A stretch of 64,000 nucleotides of DNA from NCBI GenBank assembly GCA_018334495.1, contig JAGXLV010000004.1, forward strand, positions 5,669-69,668, in the 5' to 3' direction. This stretch comes from Oleiphilaceae bacterium. GTDB lineage: Bacteria; Pseudomonadota; Gammaproteobacteria; Pseudomonadales; Oleiphilaceae. Below are positions 19,485 through 29,890 of the stretch, one piece after another (position 1 is the stretch's first letter; every line of letters begins with the position of its first letter). The position numbers and the translations under genes were made by a program. The notes under the pieces were generated by a model. The model was not told the origin of the DNA and did no database searches. It saw only the letters and a list, made by a program, of their open reading frames with translations.

Positions 19485-19682
19485 GTTCGCGCCTCCACCT
19501 TGCTTCTATCTCTAATCCAAATCCAAATCTGGTGAACGTCACCCTCCAAATACCCCAAGACTGATAAAAACCGGCGAAAAAACCGATTATTTTTGCGATA
19601 GACCAACCTCTTGGCGCACAATCAGGTAACTTTTCCATCGGGATTTCTGGCAATATCCGCACAACAAGAAAGGATGCGTATC

Positions 19683-20102
19683 ATGATCTGGCTGAAAGCT
19701 TTTGTTAGTGGTTTCCTGGCAACATTGATTTTCCATCAGGGCCTGTTCGCCGTTTTCTATTTTGCCGACGTCGTTGGTTCACCTCCGTTCAACCTCACCC
19801 CCGTTCCGCCCTTCGGCGTGCCCTCCGTTATTTCTCTCGCTTTTTTCGGCGGCTTATGGGGTGTGCTAATCTGGGCGCTTATTGGCCGCATGAAGTCACT
19901 GGGTTTCTGGTCGCTTTCGATTATTCTCGGTGCGATTGGTCCTACCACCGTGGCCATGCTGGTGGTTTTTCCCATGAAAGGCATTGAGGTGACGGCACAG
20001 AGCTGGGTTGGAGGCGTCATCCTCAACGGTTTCTGGGGTCTGGGTCTCGCGATTTTTCTGGTTCTCATGGGCGCACGGAAAAAACACATGAACCTTTTTT
20101 GA
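19683..20102 (+). CDS. Hypothetical 4-TM membrane protein
   Basis: Hydrophobic ORF (ATLIFHQG, FGVPSVISLAFFGGLWG); ATG at 19683 chosen over the ORF-track TTG. Confidence 0.7.
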   Translation: MIWLKAFVSGFLATLIFHQGLFAVFYFADVVGSPPFNLTPVPPFGVPSVISLAFFGGLWGVLIWALIGRMKSLGFWSLSIILGAIGPTTVAMLVVFPMKGIEVTAQSWVGGVILNGFWGLGLAIFLVLMGARKKHMNLF

Positions 20103-20140
20103 GAGCCGTCAGGAATGAATTCCACAGATGAGGACAAGGC

Positions 20141-21379
20141 ATGACTGAATCACGGTTCGATATTATTGTGTTTGGCGCCACCAGTTTTGTGGGCCAGATC
20201 CTGTCGCGATATTTGCTTGAGACTTTTGGTGTCGGAGCGCAGATGAGGTGGGCCATTGCCGGCCGTTCGGACCAGAAACTGCAGAATCTCAAGGCCGATT
20301 TGGGGCCTTCGGCTGCTGGCCTGGAGTTAGTCGTAGCCAATGCCGACGATGAAGCGTCGCTGAGAGCCATGTGTGAGCAGACCCGGGTCGTGATTTCGAC
20401 AGTGGGCCCCTATGCCTTGTTCGGGGAGCCATTGGTGAAAGTCTGTGTTGAGTTGGGCACGGACTACTGCGACCTGACCGGCGAGGTACAGTGGGCGCGA
20501 AAAATGATTCAGAGGTACGAAGCCCAGGCAAAGCGGTCCGGCGCGCGGATCGTGCATTGTTGTGGCTTCGATTCCATCCCGTCTGATATGGGCGTGTATT
20601 ATTTGCAGCAGCAGGCCATGGAAAGCTTCGGCGTGCCCTGCAATGAAGTCAAGATGCGTGTCCGTGCGGCCAAAGGCGGATTCTCCGGTGGTACAGTGGC
20701 CAGTCTGATGAACGTCGCCAAAGAAGCTGCCTCCAATCCGGCCTTGCGCAAGGAACTGGCGAATCCTTTTTCTCTGTGTCCTCCGGAGCATCGATCCAAA
20801 CGTCGTCAGCCTAACGTGAAATCCGCCGAGTACGACACCGATTTCAACTGCTGGCTAGCGCCTTTTGTCATGGCGACGGTCAATACCCGCGTGGTGCATC
20901 GTTCAAACGCACTTCAGGGGGCTCCCTACAGTCGCGATTTCTCGTATGACGAAGCGATGATGACGGGCAAGGGCATCAAAGGCCGGCTCAGCGCCTATGG
21001 TGTTACCGCCGCGCTTGGCGGCTTCCTTGTGGCCTCGGTTGTGAAACCCAGCCGGTGGGCACTGGAGAGGTTTGTGGTTCCCAAACCCGGCGAGGGGCCC
21101 AGCAGGAAAGCACAGGAAAAAGGCTTCTACGACCTCAGGTTTATAGGTAAGACTGATGACGGCCGAACGCTCCGCACCAAAGTGACCGGCGATGGTGACC
21201 CCGGTTACGGTTCGACCGGTAAGATGTTGGGTCAGGCTGGCGCATGTCTGGCGTTTGACGTTTCGAAAGAGGAGAGGGCCGGCGGCTTCTGGACACCCGC
21301 GTCGATATTTGGGGAACACCTGCTGGGTCGGCTTCGTAAGTATTCGGGGCTGACCTTCGAGGTGCTGGACGAGCGTTAA
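20141..21379 (+). CDS. Saccharopine-dehydrogenase-like (trans-acting enoyl reductase family) oxidoreductase
   Basis: FGATSFVG, TVGPY, YCDLTGE, CGFDSIPSD and DPGYGST motifs. Confidence 0.88.
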   Translation: MTESRFDIIVFGATSFVGQILSRYLLETFGVGAQMRWAIAGRSDQKLQNLKADLGPSAAGLELVVANADDEASLRAMCEQTRVVISTVGPYALFGEPLVKVCVELGTDYCDLTGEVQWARKMIQRYEAQAKRSGARIVHCCGFDSIPSDMGVYYLQQQAMESFGVPCNEVKMRVRAAKGGFSGGTVASLMNVAKEAASNPALRKELANPFSLCPPEHRSKRRQPNVKSAEYDTDFNCWLAPFVMATVNTRVVHRSNALQGAPYSRDFSYDEAMMTGKGIKGRLSAYGVTAALGGFLVASVVKPSRWALERFVVPKPGEGPSRKAQEKGFYDLRFIGKTDDGRTLRTKVTGDGDPGYGSTGKMLGQAGACLAFDVSKEERAGGFWTPASIFGEHLLGRLRKYSGLTFEVLDER

Positions 21380-21408
21380 TCGCGAAAGCCCAGCCCATTC
21401 GGAAAAGT

Positions 21409-23061
21409 CTAGATTTCGATCATCTTATCAACCGTCGGGAGCGCTTCGGTTGAGTGGGCAAAGGCCACCAGGGTTTTGCCCTCCAGTCTGCGACTGATGC
21501 GGGTTCGCACCCGGTCTCGGGTGTGGCTGTCCAGGCCGGTAAAGGGCTCGTCAAGTATGACCAGTTTCGCCGGTTTGACCAGAACCCTGGCCAACGCGAT
21601 CCGGCGTGCTTCGCCACCGGAGACCTGACGGCCGTATGCGCCGAGCCAGGTGTCCAGCTTTTGCGGCAGCGTCAGAACCAGCTCGGTCAGGCAGACAGCT
21701 TCCAGCACGTGCCAGAGTTCGGCGTCCGTGGCCTCTGGCGCGCCAATTAACAGGTTGTTGCGCAGCGTATCTTCAAGTAGCCGGGTGGTCTGGGTCAGGT
21801 AGCTGACGTGTTCCAGCCATGCCTGCCAGTGCGGTTGCTCACCTGGCTTTCCACCCAGCCAGCAGTGACCGGATGTGGGTTGCACCAGTCCCGCTGCCAT
21901 ATCCGCCAACGACGATTTCCCGGTCCCCGAACGCCCGACTATGCCTACCCGCTCTGCCGTGTGCACATGGAATGACCAATTGGTGATAATCGGTGGCAAA
22001 CCGGGATAGCCGAAGCTGGCATTCTGCCACTTGATCGCCGCCTGGGGTTTGGACCCGTATTGACCCGTAAGACCTTCATCAGGGCTGCCTTTCATGTCGC
22101 GATTCAGGCGAGTGGCAGAGCTGATCGTTCCCCCCAATCGCCCGAACGTATCCGGTAGCACCGAGTAAAGTTCGTTCAGTCCCAGCAGTGCCAATGGAAG
22201 TGCGGCCACGATCGGTCCGCTGACCTGGCCTGACTCGACCAGAGTAAGTCCAAACCACAGAGATGCCACGGCCGCGGTGTGCATCAGGAGACTGGAGCCG
22301 GAACCGCACCAGCCGATCCGTTGATCCATCTTCGCCTGATCGCCGGACAGGTTTTCGGCCAGGTCGAGAAGCCGCATTTGATTGGTTTTATCAGTGCCGG
22401 CAGCTTTGAGTTCCGCTTGCGCTTCCAGGTGTTCGATGCTGAGTCCACGGACCCGTTCTAGCTTGCCAACCCGGCGCCTCGACAGGGTGGCTGTCTGGTG
22501 ATAAACCACGAAAGTGGCGACAACTAACGCGGCGCCCAGCATGAGGCCGGCAGCGAGCGCGACCAGGCCACTGTAAACCCAGGCCACCATTGCGACCAGA
22601 CCACCGCTTAGCAGCAACGCCAGTCCGGTTGGCGCCATCAGGCGCAAGTACAGAGTGTCCAGATTGTCCAGATCACTGGTCAGACGCGATAGCCAGTCCG
22701 ACCCGCGCCGGCTGGCGTGACTGGCCGCAGGTCTGGAGGCGAGGCCGCGAAACAGTCGAATCCTCAAATCCGCCAGTAAGGTCAGCACGGTGTTGTGGTT
22801 GTACACTCTCTCACCGTAACGCGCCAGCGTGCGGGTGAGAGCAAAGAAGCGGATGCCGCCCCCGGGCACGTAAACGTCGAATGCAACGCGCACGCCAGCC
22901 GCCATTAACAGGCCCGCGGCGGCCGACGCCGTGATGAACCAGCCCGAAAGCGCGAGCAGTCCCAGGCCTGCGATTACTGTCAGTGCCATCAAAGCGGCGC
23001 CCGCCGCCAGGCGGCCACGGCGCTTCATAATCAGGCGCAGCCAGGGCAGCAGCTCATTCAT
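21409..23061 (-). CDS. cydC: Thiol reductant ABC exporter subunit CydC
   Basis: LLALSGWFI, IRFFALTR..RYGER, GRSGTGKS and SGGEARR motifs; the ATG at 23061 overlaps the end of cydD. Confidence 0.9.
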   Translation of the reverse strand: MNELLPWLRLIMKRRGRLAAGAALMALTVIAGLGLLALSGWFITASAAAGLLMAAGVRVAFDVYVPGGGIRFFALTRTLARYGERVYNHNTVLTLLADLRIRLFRGLASRPAASHASRRGSDWLSRLTSDLDNLDTLYLRLMAPTGLALLLSGGLVAMVAWVYSGLVALAAGLMLGAALVVATFVVYHQTATLSRRRVGKLERVRGLSIEHLEAQAELKAAGTDKTNQMRLLDLAENLSGDQAKMDQRIGWCGSGSSLLMHTAAVASLWFGLTLVESGQVSGPIVAALPLALLGLNELYSVLPDTFGRLGGTISSATRLNRDMKGSPDEGLTGQYGSKPQAAIKWQNASFGYPGLPPIITNWSFHVHTAERVGIVGRSGTGKSSLADMAAGLVQPTSGHCWLGGKPGEQPHWQAWLEHVSYLTQTTRLLEDTLRNNLLIGAPEATDAELWHVLEAVCLTELVLTLPQKLDTWLGAYGRQVSGGEARRIALARVLVKPAKLVILDEPFTGLDSHTRDRVRTRISRRLEGKTLVAFAHSTEALPTVDKMIEI

Positions 23062-24748
23062 GGACGCAACGTCCAGCCCGCAGAGTGATTTTACGCTCAG
23101 CCAGCGCCAGTAATGATTCATGGTGTGTTGCGAACACGAGCGTACGCCCCTGGTCTGCAAACGTTTTAAGGGAGGCCAGAAGCAGTTTCTCGGTGTCGGC
23201 ATCCAGCCCTGCGGTTGGCTCGTCCATCAGAATGAGTTCGGCCGGGCTCAGAAACAGGCGCGCCAGGCTAAGGCGGCGGGCCTGGCCGCCCGAAAGACCG
23301 ATACCGGCCTCCGAGATGGGGCTATCCAGGCCTTGAGGTCGGGATGCCAGGGTCCCGGTCAGGCCGACAAAGGCCAGGGCTTCTTTCATTTCACCGGTGC
23401 TGGCGTGAGGAGCGGTCAATCGCAATTGGTCTTTCCAGGTGCCGTGGGCTATGTAGGGGGACTGTCCCAGCCATCCAATGATCTGGTCACCGGGCCTGCG
23501 GCCAAAAACAGCCACACTTCCGGACGTTGCCGGCATAAAACCGGCCAGGAGGTGGAGCAGGGTACTTTTACCGCCCCCGGAAGGGCCGGTGAGGGCTAAA
23601 CGCTCGCCTTTATCAATGGTCATCGACACATCATTGAGGCCCACTCGGCCGTCGCTGAATATAACCCCGGCATGATTCAATGCGATGACGTCCGGGGAGG
23701 CTATGGCCTCTTCATGGGCGGTGTTCTCTGTTTGCGGCCGGGTTGGCTCGCTGTCAGACAGACGCATTACAATCAGCTCAGCCGCGCCAAGCGCGGCGGC
23801 GCGATCGTGATAATGCTGTGCCAGCTGGCGTAAAGGTTGAAAGAATTCAGGCGCCAGCAGAAGAATAAACAACCCGCTGAACAGCGTCAGTTCCGAAGCC
23901 GGGCCGAAATCAATGTAGCCCAGCAAGCCAAAACCGATATACATGGCGATAACAGCGATACTGACTGAAGCAAAAAATTCGAGTACCGCTGATGACAGGA
24001 AGGCGACCCGAAGTGTTTTCATGGTAATGCGGCGGAAGTCGTCGGAGCGAGCCTGCAGGATGTCGGCTGCGGGCCCGGTCTGGTTGAAAAGCTGAAGGGT
24101 TGTCAGGCCACGGACACGGTCGAGGAACTGTCCGGAAAGTCGGCCCATGGTCTGAAAATGACGACGCTGCAATGACTCAGCGCCCATTCCCACCAGGGCC
24201 ATGAAGAGCGGGATCAGCGGTGCTGCCACTAACAGGAAAAGCGCTGCCAGCCAATCAAGGCCAATGACAGTAACCAGTATCGCCAGCGGTATCAGAACAG
24301 CCAGCTGAATCTGCGGCAGGTAACGCGCAAAATAGCCGTGCAGGGCTTCGACCTGATCGAGCCATTCGCGGCTGAGCGTTGCGGCAGACTCGTCCAGCAA
24401 GCGCAAAGGGCCCGCTTTGTGCCACGCCGCCAAAAGCTGACGCCTGGCATTATCCCGCACCGTCCGGCTGCCGTGTGCCATGAACCGGGACTGGACACCC
24501 TGCGATACCGCTCTCAGAGCAAGGGCCAGAAGGAGCAGACCAAACCAGCCGGTCAGTTGGTCAACGGGCCGTTCCAGCACGATTGCGGCATGAATAATGT
24601 ATGCCAGGCTGCCCATTTGCACGATGGTCAACAACCCGGCCAGCGTGCCCATAATGACCGCGCCCCTTATGGGGATGCGAGCCTCCCGGGCGAGCTCCTG
24701 CAACCAGTTTTTTGCTTCAGTGCCGGTTTTTGATGAGGTCCCGCTCAA
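23054..24748 (-). CDS. cydD: Thiol reductant ABC exporter subunit CydD
   Basis: GYFARYLPQ, APLIPLFM, TLRVAFLSS, LAPEFFQPLR..YHDR and GPSGGGKS motifs. Confidence 0.92.
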   Translation of the reverse strand: MSGTSSKTGTEAKNWLQELAREARIPIRGAVIMGTLAGLLTIVQMGSLAYIIHAAIVLERPVDQLTGWFGLLLLALALRAVSQGVQSRFMAHGSRTVRDNARRQLLAAWHKAGPLRLLDESAATLSREWLDQVEALHGYFARYLPQIQLAVLIPLAILVTVIGLDWLAALFLLVAAPLIPLFMALVGMGAESLQRRHFQTMGRLSGQFLDRVRGLTTLQLFNQTGPAADILQARSDDFRRITMKTLRVAFLSSAVLEFFASVSIAVIAMYIGFGLLGYIDFGPASELTLFSGLFILLLAPEFFQPLRQLAQHYHDRAAALGAAELIVMRLSDSEPTRPQTENTAHEEAIASPDVIALNHAGVIFSDGRVGLNDVSMTIDKGERLALTGPSGGGKSTLLHLLAGFMPATSGSVAVFGRRPGDQIIGWLGQSPYIAHGTWKDQLRLTAPHASTGEMKEALAFVGLTGTLASRPQGLDSPISEAGIGLSGGQARRLSLARLFLSPAELILMDEPTAGLDADTEKLLLASLKTFADQGRTLVFATHHESLLALAERKITLRAGRCVHE

Positions 24749-24749
24749 T

Positions 24750-25757
24750 TCAGTGATAGCCCTGGTCGGCTCGCACCTTGCCGCGGAACACCCAATAGGT
24801 CCAGGCGGTATAGGCCAATACTACTGGCACCACAAACACTACGCCAATCAGGAGAAATAGCTGGGACTCAGGCGCCGAGGCGGCATCGTAGACGGTGTAA
24901 CTCGGCGGCACGACATAAGGCCAGCGGCTGACCAGAAGCGCGAGATAGGTGAAGATGAACAGGCCCATGGTGGCCACAAACGGCGTCCCCTCGGTTCGAT
25001 TGCGAACAGCGCGGAAAACCAGAAAGGCACATACCAGCGTCAGTGCTGGCAATATCCAGATAATTGTCAGATTTGAAAACCAGCGCTCGCGCACAGCTTC
25101 TTCGACGAAGGGCGTCCAGATCCCGATAATACCGAAAACCACCAGAACAGCGATCAATAGCGGGGTGGTGATCTTATAGGCCCAGTCTTGCAAATGGCCC
25201 TGGGTCTTCAGAATCAGCCAGGTAGAGCCAAGCAGTGCGTAGCCTGCCAGAAGGCCCAAGCCCGTTAGCACGGTAAAGGGTGTCAACCAGTCCAAAGCAC
25301 CTCCCGTGTAGATCCTGCCGGCGGTCTCAAAGCCCTGAACATAAGCGCCGACCACGGCGCCCTGGGCGAAGGCGGCAAGGGTGGAGCCACCCGCGAATGC
25401 CCAGTTCCAGAGATAACGTGAGGTTCGGGCTTTAAAACGGAATTCAAAGGCCACCCCCCTGAAAATAAGACCTGCCAGCAGGAGGAATACGCCGATATAA
25501 AGTGCCGGCAGCAAGATGGAATAAACCAGAGGGAAAGCGGCAAGCAGGCCGGCTCCGCCGAGAACAAGCCATGTTTCATTACCGTCCCAGACTGGCGCGA
25601 CTGAATTCATCATGATGTCGCGAGACTCTTCATCAGGCGCGAACGGGAAGAGAATGCCAACACCCAGGTCAAAACCGTCCATCAACACGTACATGATGAC
25701 GCCGAAGCCAATGATGAAAGACCAGACCAAAACCAGATCGAGGGTTTCCATAATCAA
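24750..25757 (-). CDS. cydB: Cytochrome bd ubiquinol oxidase subunit II (CioB-like)
   Basis: DGFDLGVG, PVWDGNETWL and RGVAFEFR motifs. Confidence 0.95.
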   Translation of the reverse strand: MIMETLDLVLVWSFIIGFGVIMYVLMDGFDLGVGILFPFAPDEESRDIMMNSVAPVWDGNETWLVLGGAGLLAAFPLVYSILLPALYIGVFLLLAGLIFRGVAFEFRFKARTSRYLWNWAFAGGSTLAAFAQGAVVGAYVQGFETAGRIYTGGALDWLTPFTVLTGLGLLAGYALLGSTWLILKTQGHLQDWAYKITTPLLIAVLVVFGIIGIWTPFVEEAVRERWFSNLTIIWILPALTLVCAFLVFRAVRNRTEGTPFVATMGLFIFTYLALLVSRWPYVVPPSYTVYDAASAPESQLFLLIGVVFVVPVVLAYTAWTYWVFRGKVRADQGYH

Positions 25758-25765
25758 TAATCTCC

Positions 25766-27202
25766 TTATCTGGCGGGTTTGCCGTGGTTGGAAGGTTCCT
25801 GGTCGTCGCCAAACTCGAATGGCACGTGGGTCGCAGACAGGGGCCGCTTGGGGCGATCACTTTCATATTCTTCTGTGATGTGGCTGTCTTCCATGCCGGT
25901 GTACAGTACCCGCAGCAGATAATAGATGCCCGCCGAGAATACCACGGCGTAGACAAGGACATAGCCAATCAGACTAAACAATGCCATGCCGCCGGTGAGT
26001 GAGGGGGTCACAGACTGCGCGTGAGTCATCATGCCCTGGACCAACCAGGGTGCGCGGCCGATCTCAGTGACGAACCAGCCGGCCAATACGGCAATAAAAG
26101 GCGTAATACTCATGAATCGCAGCGATTGCAGAAACCAGGGCGTGCGCCAGTACCGTCCACCGGACCTTAAAACCAGCCCGGCAACAGAAACAGCAATCAT
26201 GAGCAATCCAATACCAACCATAACGCGGAACGACCAGAATACGATGCCCACCGGGGGTTGCTCCGCTCTCGGCACTTCATTCAAACCCGGGACAACGCCA
26301 TCCCACTCATGCGTGAGAATGTAACTGGCCAGCCCGGGTATGCCAATCTCGAAATGATTGGTCTGGTTCTCCTGGTCAGGCCAGGCGAACAGTAGCAGCG
26401 GCACATTGCTGGATGTTTCCCAGTTGCCTTCCATGGCCGCAACTTTCATGGGTTGATGTTCCAGGGTGTTCAAGCCGTGAAAATCACCCAGTATTGCCTG
26501 GGCCGGCGCAATGATCAGTAACAACCATAAACAGATCGAGAGGGCCTTTCGATTGGTTTCGACCTCACGACCACGAAGCAGGTACCAGGCACTGACCCCG
26601 GCCACCACGAATCCGCCGGTCAGGAACGAAGCCAGGCCCATGTGGGCAAAACGGTAGTAGAAGGACGGGTTGAAAATAGCTTCGCTCCAGGACACCACGT
26701 GAAAGATGCCGTCGCGTACTTCAACGCCAGCAGGCGTCTGCATCCAGCTGTTAGCCGACAGAATCCAGAACGACGAAATGAAGGTGCCCAGCGCAACCAT
26801 CAGCGCGGCCAGGAGGTGAACTCCTGGGGGCACCTTGTCGCGTCCAAACAGGAGCACCCCAAGAAACGCGGCCTCAAGGAAAAAAGCGGTGACGACCTCG
26901 TAACTGAGTACCGGCCCCATGAAATTGGCGGTAGCCTGGGCGAAATTGCTCCAGTTGGTTCCGAACTGAAACGACATGACGATGCCAGAGACCACACCCA
27001 TACCGAAAACCACGGCAAAAACCTTGGTCCAGAAGCCGGATAACCTTTGCCAAAGCGGGTTGCCGGTTTTGAAAGCAAGGGCCTCCAACAAGGCCACGAA
27101 AGAAGCCAGACCAATGGTGAAGACCGGGAAAATGGCGTGAAACGAGATAATAAATGCAAACTGAATGCGGGATAAAAAAAGGGGATCAAGCTCCACAGGC
27201 AC
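25766..27202 (-). CDS. cydA: Cytochrome bd ubiquinol oxidase subunit I (short Q-loop, CioA-like)
   Basis: FHAIF, FQFGTNW, EAAFLG, HQPMKVAAMEG and EIGRAPW motifs; 478 aa. Confidence 0.95.
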   Translation of the reverse strand: MPVELDPLFLSRIQFAFIISFHAIFPVFTIGLASFVALLEALAFKTGNPLWQRLSGFWTKVFAVVFGMGVVSGIVMSFQFGTNWSNFAQATANFMGPVLSYEVVTAFFLEAAFLGVLLFGRDKVPPGVHLLAALMVALGTFISSFWILSANSWMQTPAGVEVRDGIFHVVSWSEAIFNPSFYYRFAHMGLASFLTGGFVVAGVSAWYLLRGREVETNRKALSICLWLLLIIAPAQAILGDFHGLNTLEHQPMKVAAMEGNWETSSNVPLLLFAWPDQENQTNHFEIGIPGLASYILTHEWDGVVPGLNEVPRAEQPPVGIVFWSFRVMVGIGLLMIAVSVAGLVLRSGGRYWRTPWFLQSLRFMSITPFIAVLAGWFVTEIGRAPWLVQGMMTHAQSVTPSLTGGMALFSLIGYVLVYAVVFSAGIYYLLRVLYTGMEDSHITEEYESDRPKRPLSATHVPFEFGDDQEPSNHGKPAR

Positions 27203-27449
27203 CTCCTATCAGGGCGAATAAGATGCAAGCAACGTTAAAACTCTACCCAGCACCTTAGATTATTTGAGCATAATAATATAACTAAAATGAATTATCAATA
27301 AATGATAGATGCTCACCAATTATCAGTCCTGGTATGTTCCCCATGCAATGCCCATTGACCGGTAAATGTATGACAATATAGGTGCTTGAATTCAGGAAAA
27401 TTGTAAAACCACGCCAACGACTCAAGGTGTTATGCGTAGCGGAGAAAAC

Positions 27450-28085
27450 ATGAGCTTTTACAACGACTTGATACTGCCGCACCTGATCAATAGCGCCTGC
27501 TCCATGGGCCAGGTTATGAAATTGCGAAACCAGGTTGTGCCGCAGAGCAGGGGAGTGGTGCTGGAGGTGGGTATTGGTTCCGGTATCAACTTACCTTTAT
27601 ACGACCCGGACAAGGTCGAGCTGGTCTACGGCCTGGAGCCTTCAGAGGGCATGCGTCGCAAGGCTCAGTCCAACCTCAAAAAATCGGCTGTACCCGTGCG
27701 ATGGCTGGATCTTCCCGGTGAGGAAATTCCCCTCCAGGACAATTCAGTCGACACCCTGCTGCTGACCTTTACGCTCTGCACGATTCCCGATTGGAAAACC
27801 GCCTTGAAGCAAATGGCCCGAGTGCTGCGTCCGGATGGACAATTACTGTTCCTTGAGCACGGCCAGTCGCCACAAAGCAACGTACGCAAATGGCAGGATC
27901 GCATCACGCCGGGCTGGAAAAAGATCGCCGGCGGCTGCCATCTCAATCGGCCAATTGATGAGCTTATCGAGCAGGGAGGCTTTCATATTGAGCAACTTGA
28001 CACCTTCTATATGCCCAAAGCCCCGAAAGTCGCCGGGCATCTGTTCCTGGGCCGTGCGGTTAAAGAGAGTGCCCCGCCTGCTTAA
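27450..28085 (+). CDS. Class I SAM-dependent methyltransferase (METTL7-like)
   Basis: LEVGIGSG, FTLCTIPD, FLEHG and GGCHLNR motifs; GGAG RBS before the ATG at 27450. Confidence 0.85.
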   Translation: MSFYNDLILPHLINSACSMGQVMKLRNQVVPQSRGVVLEVGIGSGINLPLYDPDKVELVYGLEPSEGMRRKAQSNLKKSAVPVRWLDLPGEEIPLQDNSVDTLLLTFTLCTIPDWKTALKQMARVLRPDGQLLFLEHGQSPQSNVRKWQDRITPGWKKIAGGCHLNRPIDELIEQGGFHIEQLDTFYMPKAPKVAGHLFLGRAVKESAPPA

Positions 28086-28127
28086 TGCGCTGATACAGTG
28101 TGAATCGTAAATTATTGGGCAATAAAA

Positions 28128-28156
28128 TTGCGTTCCCCGCTGTCGCCTTATACACT
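28128..28156 (+). promoter_or_regulatory. Sigma70-type promoter of tRNA-Leu
   Basis: TTGCGT-N17-TACACT followed by a GC-rich discriminator-like sequence. Confidence 0.55.
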
Positions 28157-28179
28157 CTTTGCCCGCAGTTTCCCCGAAT

Positions 28180-28266
28180 GCTCCGGTGGTGGAATCGGTA
28201 GACACTACAGACTTAAAATCTGTTGCCCGTCAGGGCGTGCCGGTTCAAGTCCGGCCCGGAGCACCA
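28180..28266 (+). tRNA. tRNA-Leu (anticodon TAA)
   Basis: GCTCCGG..CCGGAGC acceptor stem, ACAGA-CTTAAAA-TCTGT anticodon arm, long variable arm, GGTTCAAGTCC T-loop and encoded CCA. Confidence 0.95.
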
Positions 28267-28356
28267 TTGAAATCAACATCTTGCCTTTCAGGCCTCTGGT
28301 GGATTACTGACTGCCGGGGTGTTTCCTATGGCCCTGCCCGCACATAGAAAGGAATC

Positions 28357-29283
28357 TTGATGACCGCGGCGCTGGCGTTATTCCTCAAGCTCATTCCCCT
28401 TTACATTACTGTTTTTCTGGGCTGGATAGCGGGCCGTTATCTGGAGGCCAGTGGTAAACACATTGCGGGTATCATGCTGTACATCATCACGCCCTCGGTC
28501 ATCTTCTACGGTGTGATGAAGACGCCTCTGTCCACGGCAGTGATTTTTTTGCCATTGCTGACCTTCAGTCTCTCCACGTTGATCGGGGTGTCACACCTGT
28601 ATATCGCCCGGCGCTGGATTAAGGATGGCAGCGCCAACATCATGCCTTTGGCTGCGGGCACGGGTAATACCGGTTACTTTGGCATTCCGGTTGCGCTTTT
28701 GCTGTTTGGTGAGGCAGGCGTTGGTCTTTATATTGTCTGCATGCTGGGCACAACCCTGTTCGAAACCTCGGTGGGCTTCTATCTGGCGGCTCGGGGTCGC
28801 TACAGTGTGAAAAGCTGCCTTGGGCGTGTCGCTCGACTACCTTCTATTTATGCCTTTGCCCTTGCGGTTGCGCTGAATTTTTCGGGGCTCACCATTCCCG
28901 ATGTATTGTTGCCCCTGTTCGAAAATTTGCGAGGTGCCTACAGCATTTTCGGCATGATGATTATTGGCATGAGCATTCTCGGTTTTCGGGGCCTGGCGGG
29001 CGATCTCCGCTTTACCGGCGTGGCCTTTTTCGGAAAGTTCGTGGTCTGGCCAGTGGCAGTGCTGGCGCTTTGGTTGCTCGATAGCCAGCTTTTGCACTTT
29101 TACGACCTGGCGGTTTACCAGGCACTTTTTCTGATGTCGATTACGCCTCTGGCCGCCAATACCGTGGTTATAGCCACGTTACTGGATACTTCGCCGCGTC
29201 AGGCGGCAGGTACAACACTCTTAAGTACAGTCTTCGCACTTTTTTACATTCCCCTCATGGTGTCACTGTTTGGCGCTTTTTAA
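28357..29283 (+). CDS. AEC (auxin efflux carrier) family transporter
   Basis: About 10 TM segments with GNTGYFGIP and TPLAANT motifs. Confidence 0.88.
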   Translation: MMTAALALFLKLIPLYITVFLGWIAGRYLEASGKHIAGIMLYIITPSVIFYGVMKTPLSTAVIFLPLLTFSLSTLIGVSHLYIARRWIKDGSANIMPLAAGTGNTGYFGIPVALLLFGEAGVGLYIVCMLGTTLFETSVGFYLAARGRYSVKSCLGRVARLPSIYAFALAVALNFSGLTIPDVLLPLFENLRGAYSIFGMMIIGMSILGFRGLAGDLRFTGVAFFGKFVVWPVAVLALWLLDSQLLHFYDLAVYQALFLMSITPLAANTVVIATLLDTSPRQAAGTTLLSTVFALFYIPLMVSLFGAF

Positions 29284-29431
29284 GCGCGGATCCTTGATGT
29301 TTGCTGACAATGTACCCATTGAATTAAGAGTTGGATTCATCGTTTACTGATAAGCATCGGCCGGAAAGTCATGCCAATGGGCAGACTTAACGGCTATCAG
29401 GTCCAGGCAGGATTGGCGGGGGAGGCACGCA

Positions 29432-29890
29432 ATGGAAATCACGACCTTTGGCGAACTGATTGAGTGGACTCGGGAACAGCACAGCAGTCTTGCGCGCTGC
29501 CTGGACCACTACGCCGCCCGGCACGAGGACGAGCGTAGCCGGGGGTTGCTGGCATATCTGGCCAGACACGAATCAGAAATCGAGTGGATGGTGGCGGATT
29601 TCAAGCGTCAGGGTGACGAAAAAGCCTTGAACACCACGCTATACGACTACCTGTCCAGTCCTTCACACCACGCCCAGAGCCCCTGCGGCAAGCATTTCCT
29701 GGAATTGGATTTCGACGGTATTTGCCGGGAAGTGCTGGATTTTCATAATGATGTGATTCAGCTTTACCAACTTTTGCTGAGAAAAGCGCTTATTCCTGAA
29801 GTCGAGGAATTGATCAGTCCCTTGCTGGAGATGGAAAGAAGCCAGGCCAAGCTTATGGCTCAGCAGGTTGTGCTGATGACCGATCTCTGA
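29432..29890 (+). CDS. Hypothetical four-helix (ferritin/rubrerythrin-like) protein
   Basis: All-helical ORF with HSSL, RHESE and FHNDV; GGAGG RBS. Confidence 0.65.
   Translation: MEITTFGELIEWTREQHSSLARCLDHYAARHEDERSRGLLAYLARHESEIEWMVADFKRQGDEKALNTTLYDYLSSPSHHAQSPCGKHFLELDFDGICREVLDFHNDVIQLYQLLLRKALIPEVEELISPLLEMERSQAKLMAQQVVLMTDL

Noticed and set aside
27280-27440. FNR/Anr box upstream of cydA
   Set aside because: Only half-sites are present (TTGAC at about 27355 and ATCAA at about 27294); there is no TTGAT-N4-ATCAA.
28180-28356. Prophage or ICE integrated at tRNA-Leu
   Set aside because: No integrase, phage or conjugation genes, and no duplicated tRNA 3' end seen in the window.
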